Source of the DNA: an uncultured Pelagibacteraceae bacterium
GTDB lineage: Bacteria; Pseudomonadota; Alphaproteobacteria; Pelagibacterales; Pelagibacteraceae
DNA length: 64,000 bases
Assembly (NCBI GenBank): GCA_902582315.1
Contig: CACHRP010000006.1
Span: 3,713 to 67,712 of the forward strand
Direction: 5' to 3'
Position numbers and translations under genes: made by a program. Every line of letters begins with the position of its first letter. Within the stretch, counting starts at the first letter, position 1. Under the pieces are notes generated by a model. That model had not been told where the DNA came from and did not search any database. It worked only from the letters and a program-made list of their open reading frames with translations. Below, piece by piece: positions 31,221-40,720 of the stretch.

Positions 31221-33356
31221 ATGAGATTAGCAAGATTCATATCATATTTATTTTTAATGCTTTTTTTAAACATAAAAGCTTTTGCATTTACAGATCCTAA
31301 TCATGTCGATGATTTTGATTTTAGTGCATCAGAAACAATTTCGACTACGGTAAAATTTAGTCCAGATGGCAAGACAATGTTTGTAATAGGTGTAAGTTCT
31401 GATACTTTAAGACAATATTCGCTAGGCACTGCATTTGATTTATCCTCTTCACCAACACTAGTACATGAAAAATTTATAAGAACAATTCAAAATGCAGCTC
31501 AAGATATAGAATTTAATTCGGACGGAACAATTATATATATTATTGGAACTGATGGCGATGATATCGATCAATGGACGTTAAGCTCACCTTATGATATTGG
31601 CTCAATTTCAACGACAGCATCATCAAAAAATATAAATATTGGTGGTAATCCAAGAGGTTTAAAATTTTCTAATGATGGAAAAAAATTATTCATTGTTCAT
31701 CAAGTAAGTACCGCTAAAGGAAGAGTAGATGAATTCACTTTAACAACTCCATATGATCTTGACACTAGAACAAAAACAAATGAATTGACATTATCCTACA
31801 CTGGAATTGGTGGTAGACGACAAGGTATAAATTTTAGTTCAGATGGTTATAAGTTATTTATTACAAATTCAGCAACTGATAGTTCAGATCCTGAGGCCTC
31901 AAGAAATTTGATTAGAGAATATTCTCTAGACTCACCATTTAATATTTCTAATCCTACTAACAATGGTGACTTTCAGCCTAGTTATGCTGCAAAGTTTAGA
32001 CTTACTGGTCTAACATTCAATAATGATGGTTCAAAAATGTTTCATACTGATTTTACCAATCATAAAGCATATGAATATACTTTATTTTGTGCATTTGGAG
32101 TTAAAACATGTACCGACCCAACTTCAGATAATGATGATGTTGGTTCAGTTGAAGCACAATCCAGTGCCACAAAAAAACTTATACAGCATACATCCTATCC
32201 AGTTCTAAATCGTATGGAATGGCTTAGAAGAAATAAAGATAGTGTTAATTTAACTAATCAAAATTTAAAATTACAATTTTCAAATGAAATTTTAGCCTCA
32301 TTATCAAACTTATTAATGCCATCTAGTTTAACTAATGACAATACATCTTCAAATCAATCTATATCAACAAATTGGTCGTATTGGAGTGAAGGAACGATTA
32401 GTATTGGTAAAGTAGGAGACTCACTTTCTTCCTCAGCAAAAAGTATAAACACTAGCGCTATTACAATTGGTGCTGATAAAAAAGTAGATAAAGATAGAAT
32501 TCATGGTTTTGCCTTAAGATTTGGTAATGATGATGTGAAGGTTGGAAAACTTGGTAGCGCTTTAGATATGAATTCTTTAAGTTTAACCATATATGAAACT
32601 CGTCCAACAAGTGACAATATGTTTATGGATATTCTTCTTGGCGCAAGTGCGATCAAAACTGATCTCATAAATAATAGTGGCACTGTATCAACTAATGGAA
32701 AAAGAAATGGACAGCAAGTATTCTCCTCTATTAAATTTAGAGAAACTTTTACAAAAGAAAAAATTAATTTTACACCTAATATTAAATTAGATTTAGGATT
32801 AACAACTCTTTCTGATTACAAAGAAAAAGGAGCAGAAGGTTTAAATTTAAGATTTGGTAGACAAAATATTGGGACAATCGTAAGCTCATTAGGTTCAACG
32901 ATAGATAATACAATTAATATAAATAATGGAATTTTAAAACCTAAGATCCAGTTGCAATATAATGCTGATCTTAGTCCATCATCTAGTCAAGTATTTGAAT
33001 ACGCTTCAAATGGAACAAGCTATGTTATTGAAAACATCAATAATTCAACACATAACATTAATGGTAGTTTTGGTTTTGATTTAATAACAGATAATGGTCT
33101 TTCAATAACTTCGAATTATGAAAGAAGTCAAAATAAAGGTGCTGGTCATACAGATGCTTTTTATTTTGCTGGAAAATTATCATCTAGAAAAGATGAAACA
33201 TACACTTTAAGTTTAGATGGAATTCAAAGTTTTAATACAAAATTAGATTACAAAAGAAGCTTAAATGGTTTTGATATTACATTTTCCTCAAATTATAACT
33301 TAACGAGTCTCATTCCTGACTATGGAGCAAACATAGAAGTTTCAACCAATTTTTAG
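31221..33356 (+). CDS. Autotransporter-like outer-membrane protein with beta-propeller repeat passenger (paralog 2)
   Basis: Signal peptide; five F(S/N)xDG repeats; WSYWSEG and ITIGAD; ends NIEVSTNF. Confidence 0.7.
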   Translation: MRLARFISYLFLMLFLNIKAFAFTDPNHVDDFDFSASETISTTVKFSPDGKTMFVIGVSSDTLRQYSLGTAFDLSSSPTLVHEKFIRTIQNAAQDIEFNSDGTIIYIIGTDGDDIDQWTLSSPYDIGSISTTASSKNINIGGNPRGLKFSNDGKKLFIVHQVSTAKGRVDEFTLTTPYDLDTRTKTNELTLSYTGIGGRRQGINFSSDGYKLFITNSATDSSDPEASRNLIREYSLDSPFNISNPTNNGDFQPSYAAKFRLTGLTFNNDGSKMFHTDFTNHKAYEYTLFCAFGVKTCTDPTSDNDDVGSVEAQSSATKKLIQHTSYPVLNRMEWLRRNKDSVNLTNQNLKLQFSNEILASLSNLLMPSSLTNDNTSSNQSISTNWSYWSEGTISIGKVGDSLSSSAKSINTSAITIGADKKVDKDRIHGFALRFGNDDVKVGKLGSALDMNSLSLTIYETRPTSDNMFMDILLGASAIKTDLINNSGTVSTNGKRNGQQVFSSIKFRETFTKEKINFTPNIKLDLGLTTLSDYKEKGAEGLNLRFGRQNIGTIVSSLGSTIDNTININNGILKPKIQLQYNADLSPSSSQVFEYASNGTSYVIENINNSTHNINGSFGFDLITDNGLSITSNYERSQNKGAGHTDAFYFAGKLSSRKDETYTLSLDGIQSFNTKLDYKRSLNGFDITFSSNYNLTSLIPDYGANIEVSTNF

Positions 33357-33381
33357 TATAATAATTATAAATGGAGGTAAT

Positions 33382-33774
33382 ATGTCAGTATTTAAATTAG
33401 TGAGTGAGCAAAGAGTAAAAGGAAAAGTTAAAAAAGTTTTTGATGATATTAAGCGGACTAGAAATATAAAAAAAATTCCTAATTTTTGGCGAGCGATAGC
33501 AAATAATCCTGAGACACTGGAGAGAACTTGGAATAATTTAAAACAAATTATGAAAAAGGGTACACTTGATCCTGTTACGAAAGAACTAATCTATGTTGCA
33601 GTTTCAATAACAAATAGTTGTGAATACTGTATTAGATCTCATACTGCAGCTGCTAAAAAAAAAGGAGCTTCAGATCAAATGATTAAAGAGATGATTGATG
33701 TTGTTGGGATAGCCAATCAAAATAATAAGTTAGTTGAGTCTTATCAAGTAGAGGTAGATAAAATCTATAAATAA
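33382..33774 (+). CDS. Carboxymuconolactone decarboxylase / AhpD-like protein
   Basis: KELIYVAVSITNSCEYCIRSH motif. Confidence 0.88.
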   Translation: MSVFKLVSEQRVKGKVKKVFDDIKRTRNIKKIPNFWRAIANNPETLERTWNNLKQIMKKGTLDPVTKELIYVAVSITNSCEYCIRSHTAAAKKKGASDQMIKEMIDVVGIANQNNKLVESYQVEVDKIYK

Positions 33775-33795
33775 TTTTCTAAAGTAAATTTTAAA

Positions 33796-34506
33796 TCAGG
33801 ATAATGTTGATCTTCCACCATCAACACCAATAACTTGTCCTGTAACCCAAGAACTTTCATCAGTTATTAAAAACTTTGCAAGCGAAGCGCTATCAGCACC
33901 TTCACCAACTCTTTTTAGAGGGTGAGCTTTTGCAATACCTTCTGCAAGTGCAGCATTTTTTAACATTGGTTCAGCAATTTTTGATTTTGACAAGCTCGGT
34001 GCAATGCAATTTACTCTTACATTTGGTGCAAGTTCAGAAGCCAAACTTACAGTTAATCCTTCAACAGCAGCTTTAGCTGATGCAATTATTCCATGATTAC
34101 TAAAACCTCTTCTAACTGCAACAGTTGAAAATAAAACTACTGATCCTTTACCTTTTTTTAAACTGTCTTGGTATCCTCTAATTACTTCTAATGCAGAATA
34201 ACAATTTAATTTCATACATTGGTTAAATTCATCTTCTTTTATCATTCTAAGTGGTTTTAAAACTATTGAACCAACACAATAAGCAATACCTTTTACATCT
34301 GGAACATCTGTTTTAACTTTATCAACAAATCCATTTTCAAGAACATCTGCAACAGTAAAAGTACAACCTAATTCTTCTGAGAGTTTTTTAACTTCACTTT
34401 CATTTCTTGCAACCAAATGAATTTCTTTTCCAGACTCTTTAAGTTGTCTTGATAAACTTGAACCGATCGAACCTGTCGCACCAAAAATTAAATATTTTTC
34501 TGACAT
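33796..34506 (-). CDS. Short-chain dehydrogenase/reductase
   Basis: GATGSIG, VNCIAPSL, WVTGQVIGVDGG motifs. Confidence 0.88.
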   Translation of the reverse strand: MSEKYLIFGATGSIGSSLSRQLKESGKEIHLVARNESEVKKLSEELGCTFTVADVLENGFVDKVKTDVPDVKGIAYCVGSIVLKPLRMIKEDEFNQCMKLNCYSALEVIRGYQDSLKKGKGSVVLFSTVAVRRGFSNHGIIASAKAAVEGLTVSLASELAPNVRVNCIAPSLSKSKIAEPMLKNAALAEGIAKAHPLKRVGEGADSASLAKFLITDESSWVTGQVIGVDGGRSTLS

Positions 34507-34534
34507 ATATTTTTTTTAAAGCTATATTAGCTCT

Positions 34535-36025
34535 ATGAAGTTATTTTTTATACTTGGAAATCAACTATTTCCACCAAAATATCTAGACCGCTTCAAAAAT
34601 GATCACCTGTTTTTTATGTCAGAAGACTACGAATTATGCACATATGAAAAGCATCATAAGTTAAAGATACTACTATTTTTGTCAGCTATGAGATCTCATG
34701 CAGATCATTTAAAAAAAAATAAATTTAAAGTTGAATATACAAAGATCGACTCAGCAGATTTTAAAAAAGATTATTTAGAAAAAGTTAAGAGGGTTATTAA
34801 GTCAAAAAAAATTAAGGAGATCACAACATTTGAAATTGAAGACAAATTCTTTGAAAAAAAAGTACAAAATTTCGTTAAAAAAAATGATTTGGTTTGGCAC
34901 CAAATAAAATCTCCAATGTTTTTAAACACAAGAGAAGAATTTAACAACTATCTTTCAAAAAACAAAAGACCATTCATGGCAACTTTTTATAAAGGTACAA
35001 GACAAAAACTAAATATTCTTATGAAGAAAGATGGAACGCCAGAGGGTGGCAAATGGAGTTTTGATGAAGATAATAGAAAAAAACTTCCAAAAAATACAAA
35101 AATACCAAAGTTTCCAAATATCAGTGAAACAAAACACACAAAAAACTTAAAACCTATTGTTGAAAAAACATTTAAAGATCATCCAGGAAATACAAAAAAT
35201 TTTTGGTTTGCAACTGAATACAATGATGTTGTGAAACTTTTAAGTTTTTTTCTTAAAGAAAAATCAAATTTATTCGGTGATTATGAGGATGCAGTTGATC
35301 AAAGTAATAATATTTTATTTCATAGTGCTTTAAGCCCATATATAAACTTAGGACTTATAACCCCTGAATTTATTATCTCTAAAACTTTAGAATTTCACAA
35401 AAAAAGTAAAATCCGATTAAATTCTTTAGAAGGTTACGTAAGACAAGTTATTGGTTGGCGAGAATTCATGCGAGGCGTTTATCAAAAGTATAGTAATGAA
35501 ATGGAAACAAGAAATTTCTTTAAACAAAATAGAAAAATGAGAGACTCATGGTATGAAGGTACAACAGGTTTACCACCTTTAGACTACGCAATTAAAAATG
35601 CATTAAATCATGGATGGTCCCATCATATTGAAAGATTAATGATACTCTCAAATATTATGAACTTATGTGAGATAAAACCTCAAATTGTTTACAAATGGTT
35701 TATGGAAATGTTTGTAGATTCATCTGATTGGGTAATGGTGCCAAATGTTTATGGAATGGGTTTATTCAGCGATGGAGGAATTTTTGCGACCAAACCTTAT
35801 ATTTGTGGATCAAGTTATTTCATGAAAATGATGGATTTTAAAAAAGGCGAATGGTGCAACACTATGGACGGTTTGTACTGGAGATTTATAAATAGAAATA
35901 GATCTTTTTTTTTAAAAAATCCAAGACTTTCAATGATGGTAAGAATTTTTGATAAAATGAAACCAGAAAGAAAAAAATTAATTCTTTCTGAAGCAGAAAA
36001 GTTTATTAAAGCAAATACTATTTAA
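34535..36025 (+). CDS. PhrB/CryB-like (FeS-BCP family) bacterial (6-4) photolyase/cryptochrome lacking Fe-S Cys ligands
   Basis: ILGNQLF, HHK.K, GGKWSFD.DNR, LFHS.LSPYINLGL, EGYVRQVIGWREFMRG, HHIERLM, FVDSSDWV..PNVYGM motifs. Confidence 0.88.
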   Translation: MKLFFILGNQLFPPKYLDRFKNDHLFFMSEDYELCTYEKHHKLKILLFLSAMRSHADHLKKNKFKVEYTKIDSADFKKDYLEKVKRVIKSKKIKEITTFEIEDKFFEKKVQNFVKKNDLVWHQIKSPMFLNTREEFNNYLSKNKRPFMATFYKGTRQKLNILMKKDGTPEGGKWSFDEDNRKKLPKNTKIPKFPNISETKHTKNLKPIVEKTFKDHPGNTKNFWFATEYNDVVKLLSFFLKEKSNLFGDYEDAVDQSNNILFHSALSPYINLGLITPEFIISKTLEFHKKSKIRLNSLEGYVRQVIGWREFMRGVYQKYSNEMETRNFFKQNRKMRDSWYEGTTGLPPLDYAIKNALNHGWSHHIERLMILSNIMNLCEIKPQIVYKWFMEMFVDSSDWVMVPNVYGMGLFSDGGIFATKPYICGSSYFMKMMDFKKGEWCNTMDGLYWRFINRNRSFFLKNPRLSMMVRIFDKMKPERKKLILSEAEKFIKANTI

Positions 36026-36737
36026 CAAATAATCTATTTAAAGTTAAAATTGCCAAATTTATTAAAGTTCTAAAAATTTCAAGTTTTGGAATTTTAGAAA
36101 CACCTAGTTGTCTATCCGTAAATATTATCGGGATTTCTTTAATTTCAAATTTTTTTTTATCTATTTCAAATAGAGTACCCATGAAGAAACTATATCCAGT
36201 TTGTTTTACTAAATTTAAGTGAAAATCTCCTAACTTTTTTAAATTAAATCCTCGATAAGATGTAGTAAACTCATTACAGTTAATTCTTGAAAAAAATTTA
36301 ATCATTGAATTTCCCAATTTACTCATTGTAAGTCTTGAACCTTTCATAAGGCATTTTCCACCTGGCACATATCTTGAACCGATCACAAATGGGTAGATTT
36401 CAAGATTTTGTTTAAAATTTATAAGTTCTTTTGGATCATGAGATAAATCAGCATCCATCGTTATTAAATAATCGTAGTTTTTTTCAATTGCTAATTGATA
36501 AGCAAGTTTGTGAGCTGTGTCTAATCCTAGCTTTTTATCCCTTATAACTAAATCTAATTTAGAATCATTTTTTTGTAATTCTTTTACCACCCCACTTGTG
36601 TTGTCTGGAGAGTTGTCATCAATTATTAAAATGGATGAAAATGGAAGGTATTCACGAATTTTTAATATTAATTTTTTAATATTTTCTTTTTCGTTGTAAC
36701 AAGCTGTAAATACTAATATTCTTTTTTCATCGATCAT
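36018..36737 (-). CDS. Polyprenol monophosphomannose synthase-like GT2 glycosyltransferase
   Basis: YNEKENI, IDDNSPD.T, MDADLSHDP, GSRYVPGG, EIPI.F.DR..G.SK motifs. Confidence 0.88.
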   Translation of the reverse strand: MIDEKRILVFTACYNEKENIKKLILKIREYLPFSSILIIDDNSPDNTSGVVKELQKNDSKLDLVIRDKKLGLDTAHKLAYQLAIEKNYDYLITMDADLSHDPKELINFKQNLEIYPFVIGSRYVPGGKCLMKGSRLTMSKLGNSMIKFFSRINCNEFTTSYRGFNLKKLGDFHLNLVKQTGYSFFMGTLFEIDKKKFEIKEIPIIFTDRQLGVSKIPKLEIFRTLINLAILTLNRLFVK

Positions 36738-36778
36738 ATGCTTTTAAATTTTATATATGAAGATTTGATATTTTAGAA

Positions 36779-37975
36779 ATGAATAAAAAACTTGATATAT
36801 ATTTATTGATTTATCTTTTAACATTACTTATTTTTTCTTATTTCTTTTTATTTATTAAGCACAACGTTGGAAATGATTCTACCATTTCTGAGTGGTTAAT
36901 AAATTATGAAGGTGGCTTTACGAAAAGAGGTCTTATTGGACAAATAGCAATAGAACTATCAAGATATTTTCAAACAAATTTAAGATGGATGATTTTTTTG
37001 TTACAATCATTTACTTTAACACTATATTTTATTTTATTATTTAATCTTCTTAAACAACTTCATTATGAGAGAATTATAATTTTATCAATTTTTACTCCAA
37101 TTTTTATTTTATATCCTGTGGCTGAAATTGAGGTATTGGCTCGAAAAGAGGTAATTGTTTTTACACTATTTTTAACTTACTTATTTATACCAAGAAATAG
37201 TAATTATAAAATATCTTCATTTACTATTTTTTTAGTCTTAGCAATTTTAATCTGGGAACCTATTGTGTTTTTTTTTCCTTTAATTTTTCTATTTGAAATT
37301 ATTGAAAATAAAATTGAAAACATTGATAAGAAATTAATAAAATTAATTTTAAGTTTTCTTCCAAGTTTTTTAATTGCATTATTAATAATATTTGATCCAA
37401 TAACGCCAGAACAGCACAAGATTATGGCTCTCACTTTAAAAAATGAATTTGGTGAAAGTTGTTATATGTCATGTGGAAGATTAATTACGGTATCCTCCAT
37501 TGCTCAGCAATTTCAAGGACAAATTGAAAGATATTCGCTAGAAGTTTTCGTAAGATATTCATTAATAATTTTCATAGGATTTTTTCCTTTATTTATTCTT
37601 TTTAAAAATTCTAAATTAAATAATAAAAAACTATTCTTGTTTAAAAACTTTAATAATCCAATTAATACTTTTTATTTAGGAGTTTTGCCTGTCTCTGTAC
37701 TTTTTGCAATGGGCTTTGATTGGGGAAGATGGGTGAATATTTTTTACGTAATATTAGCATTAATTTATTTTCAGCTTTTAATTAAAGAGCATTTGTCTTT
37801 AAATTTAGAAGCACTAAGACAAAACTTTCTTTACAAGATAAAGGGTAAAGCATTTGTAATTTTATTTATTTTATTTTGCTTTGGGTGGAATCCTAAAACA
37901 GTAATAACAGGGGATGTTGCTTCATTTCCTGGATATCGAATACCATATAAAGTTTTTAAAACTCTTTCCAACTAA
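36779..37975 (+). CDS. Multi-pass membrane protein of unknown function
   Basis: 398 aa, about 10 TM; EWLINYEGGF.KRGLIG loop and D(W)GRW motif. Confidence 0.6.
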   Translation: MNKKLDIYLLIYLLTLLIFSYFFLFIKHNVGNDSTISEWLINYEGGFTKRGLIGQIAIELSRYFQTNLRWMIFLLQSFTLTLYFILLFNLLKQLHYERIIILSIFTPIFILYPVAEIEVLARKEVIVFTLFLTYLFIPRNSNYKISSFTIFLVLAILIWEPIVFFFPLIFLFEIIENKIENIDKKLIKLILSFLPSFLIALLIIFDPITPEQHKIMALTLKNEFGESCYMSCGRLITVSSIAQQFQGQIERYSLEVFVRYSLIIFIGFFPLFILFKNSKLNNKKLFLFKNFNNPINTFYLGVLPVSVLFAMGFDWGRWVNIFYVILALIYFQLLIKEHLSLNLEALRQNFLYKIKGKAFVILFILFCFGWNPKTVITGDVASFPGYRIPYKVFKTLSN

Positions 37976-38058
37976 GCCTTTAATAAAAAATAAAAATTAA
38001 ATCTTTAATTAGCAAAAAGTTGTTGAATTAAGTATTTTAAGTTAAGATAAAATCTCAT

Positions 38059-38409
38059 ATGACAATTAAGGTATTTTTTAATAATTCATGTAACGTTTGC
38101 AGATTGGAGATTAATCATTACAAAAAAATTGCAGATAGCAATCTTGAGTGGATAGATATCACAAATAACGATGATGCTTTAAGGTTAACCTCTAAATCTC
38201 AAGAAGAATTACTGAGAAGACTACATGTAATAGATGATGGGAAGGTGATAGGGGGTGCAAAAGCATTTATTATAATTTGGTCAAAAATCCCAAAATATAA
38301 TTTTCTTGCAAAAATATTTTCAATTAAGCCTTTGTATTTTTTATTCCATTATGGCTATGAAATAGTTGCTTATTTTTTATTTTTGAAAAATAAAAATCAA
38401 CTTAAATGA
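38059..38409 (+). CDS. DCC1-like thiol-disulfide oxidoreductase (DUF393)
   Basis: FFNNSCNVC, LHV, G..AF..IW motifs. Confidence 0.85.
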   Translation: MTIKVFFNNSCNVCRLEINHYKKIADSNLEWIDITNNDDALRLTSKSQEELLRRLHVIDDGKVIGGAKAFIIIWSKIPKYNFLAKIFSIKPLYFLFHYGYEIVAYFLFLKNKNQLK

Positions 38410-38531
38410 AAAAACAAAATTTACCCTCTAAAATTTGTCCTATTTGTAAAAGACCATTTGTTTGGAGAAAAAAGTGGAGACTGAACTGGGACCGTGTAAA
38501 GTATTGCTCAAAAAGATGTTCTTCTAAATAA
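38406..38531 (+). CDS. DUF2256 family small protein, 41 aa (not in ORF track)
   Basis: MKKQNLPSKICPICKRPFVWRKKWRLNWDRVKYCSKRCSSK*. Has LP.K.C..C.RPF.WRKKW...W..V.YCS.RC; ATGA overlap with the upstream gene. Confidence 0.9.
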   Translation: MKKQNLPSKICPICKRPFVWRKKWRLNWDRVKYCSKRCSSK

Positions 38532-39666
38532 ATTCTTGTACTATATTCGGTATATAACTCTTAAAATTAAAAAAACCTTTGTTACAATATTTCCAAGAAT
38601 ATTGGTCTATCTTTCTATACAAAAAATTAATATTCTTTAAGTTATTTTTGTTTAAGTAATCAAGATTTTCACCAATAGAAGGGTATAAGGCCAATAAATT
38701 TTCTTCCATACTTTTTAAATATTGAATATTAATAATTTCGCAATTTATAGATTTATTCTTTAAATTTTTAATTTGATCTTCTATTAGAGACTTCTTGAAA
38801 GTTAAAACCTTTTGATCAAGCTTTATTTGTCTTGTTGGATTTTCATTATATATAAAATAAATATTCTTAAAAGATTGATCTTTGAAATCTGTTTGATCAA
38901 ATGAAAGATTGTTTTCAAATATTAATAAACTTTGATCATTTGATAAATTTGCGTTTAAAAAGTTATTATTTACAATCGAATAATTCCTATCATCTATTAT
39001 TGGAACAGAGTTTTCATTAAGTTTTATGTTGTTAAATCTATTATTAGTAAATTTTTTTATATTCCACTCTGATGCAACATAGTTTTTACCTTTAGTTTGA
39101 ACACCAGCCACCCATCTCCATCCCAGAGTATTTGAAGCACTATCGCCATCAAAAAGATATTTCATGAAAAACTCGGCACCTAATTGCCAAGGTAAACCGA
39201 GAGTAAAAATCCAAATACTGGCGAACCACATCCTTGAATGATTATGCAGATAATTATGATTTTTTAATTCATTCACCCAAGTGTTAAAACATTCAATGCT
39301 TGTTTTACCCTCGATTGCATTCAAGTAATCTTTGTTATCTTTATATTCTAGCTTTAGATTATTTAAATCTATTATGTAATCCATCCAGACATTTGGTCTA
39401 AGCTCAAGCCATCCTTTCCAATAAACACGCCACAAAATCTCTTGAATAAATTTTTCAATTTTTGGTAATGAATATTTTTTCAAGGATAGTTTCATTACTT
39501 CTTGTTCAGTTAAAATACCATGAGTTATGTATGGTGATAGACAAGAAATATTTGATCTTTTATTCGGACCAAAGTCAAAATTTCTTAGTTTAGAATATTC
39601 AACTAGGTTATTATCAATAAAGTTTGTTAATTTTTTAACGGCAAAATCTCTTCTAGGTTCAAACAT
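38524..39666 (-). CDS. Short photolyase with N-terminal FAD domain (NewPHL/SPL-like)
   Basis: 380 aa starting directly with the FAD domain (S.LSPYITHG, KFIQEILWR.YWKGWLE, LHNHSRMWFASIW, DGDSASNTLGWRWVAG), followed by a C-terminal extension. Confidence 0.8.
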   Translation of the reverse strand: MFEPRRDFAVKKLTNFIDNNLVEYSKLRNFDFGPNKRSNISCLSPYITHGILTEQEVMKLSLKKYSLPKIEKFIQEILWRVYWKGWLELRPNVWMDYIIDLNNLKLEYKDNKDYLNAIEGKTSIECFNTWVNELKNHNYLHNHSRMWFASIWIFTLGLPWQLGAEFFMKYLFDGDSASNTLGWRWVAGVQTKGKNYVASEWNIKKFTNNRFNNIKLNENSVPIIDDRNYSIVNNNFLNANLSNDQSLLIFENNLSFDQTDFKDQSFKNIYFIYNENPTRQIKLDQKVLTFKKSLIEDQIKNLKNKSINCEIINIQYLKSMEENLLALYPSIGENLDYLNKNNLKNINFLYRKIDQYSWKYCNKGFFNFKSYIPNIVQEFI

Positions 39667-39690
39667 TTAAAATTGTGCTTTTAGAAATTA

Positions 39691-39930
39691 TTAATTTCCC
39701 TTTTTCCTAGGATCTTTAAGATTTTGAAGCACCCCAGCTAACCCAGATAACTTTATACTTATGTAAATTATATAGACTAATGTTAAACCAAGAGCCATTG
39801 TAGAGAAAAATACAAATATTGCGGTTAAGAATTTTTCAGTGAACCAGTTTTCAACATCAGAGTTAGATAAATATAATATATTCCAGAATGCTAAAAATAT
39901 TAGTTCGTAGGTAATTATAACTTTGTACAT
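39691..39930 (-). CDS. Small membrane protein
   Basis: 79 aa, two hydrophobic segments. Confidence 0.55.
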   Translation of the reverse strand: MYKVIITYELIFLAFWNILYLSNSDVENWFTEKFLTAIFVFFSTMALGLTLVYIIYISIKLSGLAGVLQNLKDPRKKGN

Positions 39931-39931
39931 T

Positions 39932-40153
39932 TCAATTGCTTATATTATCTACAAATTTTTTTGCAATAGGCCCCACAACTAATGAGACAATAATTGCTAT
40001 AGGTAATCCTACGGACCATGCTTTTAAAAACCTTTTAAAATAGTCATTATCGTAACCAGTATTAATAAAAGTTATAATTAGAGTCATTAACAGACTCATA
40101 CCAAATCCCATTATTAAAATATAAACAAAATTTGAATACTTTTTAGGAATCAC
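39932..40153 (-). CDS. DUF2798-like small membrane protein
   Basis: M...MSLLMT.I.T.IN.G....F..AW.....IA pattern. Confidence 0.75.
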   Translation of the reverse strand: MIPKKYSNFVYILIMGFGMSLLMTLIITFINTGYDNDYFKRFLKAWSVGLPIAIIVSLVVGPIAKKFVDNISN

Positions 40154-40488
40154 GATGAAGTTTTACCAAGTAAATTTACAATTAAAACACCTGATATAAT
40201 TAATACCATTCCCAAAATAGTATATAAATCTGGCATTTGATTAAATTTAATAATACCAATAACGATTGTAGCTATAATACACAATCCAGCAAAAGAGGCA
40301 TATGTAACACCAACTGGAATTGTTTTCATAACTAAAGACAAAGTATACATGCAGCCAACAATTGTTACTGCAGTCATTAAACTTGGCACTAATACCGTGA
40401 AGCCTTGAGCGCCTTTTGCAAAACCATTTGCAGCTGTTCCTAATGCTACAGCAAAAATAAGAATTATATAAGGTAAAATATTACTCAT
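40150..40488 (-). CDS. SMR/DMT family small efflux-type transporter
   Basis: 112 aa, 4 TM, IPVGVTYASFAG; the usual membrane Glu14 is not evident. Confidence 0.75.
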   Translation of the reverse strand: MSNILPYIILIFAVALGTAANGFAKGAQGFTVLVPSLMTAVTIVGCMYTLSLVMKTIPVGVTYASFAGLCIIATIVIGIIKFNQMPDLYTILGMVLIISGVLIVNLLGKTSS

Positions 40489-40495
40489 TTAAGAA

Positions 40496-40714
40496 CTATA
40501 AATGAAATATCAAAAAATAAAAATAAATTATCCATAAGAAGCAAGCTGCCATAGTAACAAAAATAATAGTTACACCTGTAGCTGTTTCATTTTTATATTT
40601 TTTATTAACCTTATTTCTCCATTTTTGTGGGTACAGAGGAATTGTTATTGCATAAATGATAAGAAAAATATCAAGTGCTGTAATTATTATAGAAAGAAAA
40701 AGTAATTGATCCAT
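40496..40714 (-). CDS. Small membrane protein
   Basis: 72 aa, two hydrophobic segments flanking a basic loop. Confidence 0.55.
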   Translation of the reverse strand: MDQLLFLSIIITALDIFLIIYAITIPLYPQKWRNKVNKKYKNETATGVTIIFVTMAACFLWIIYFYFLIFHL

Positions 40715-40720
40715 TAATTC

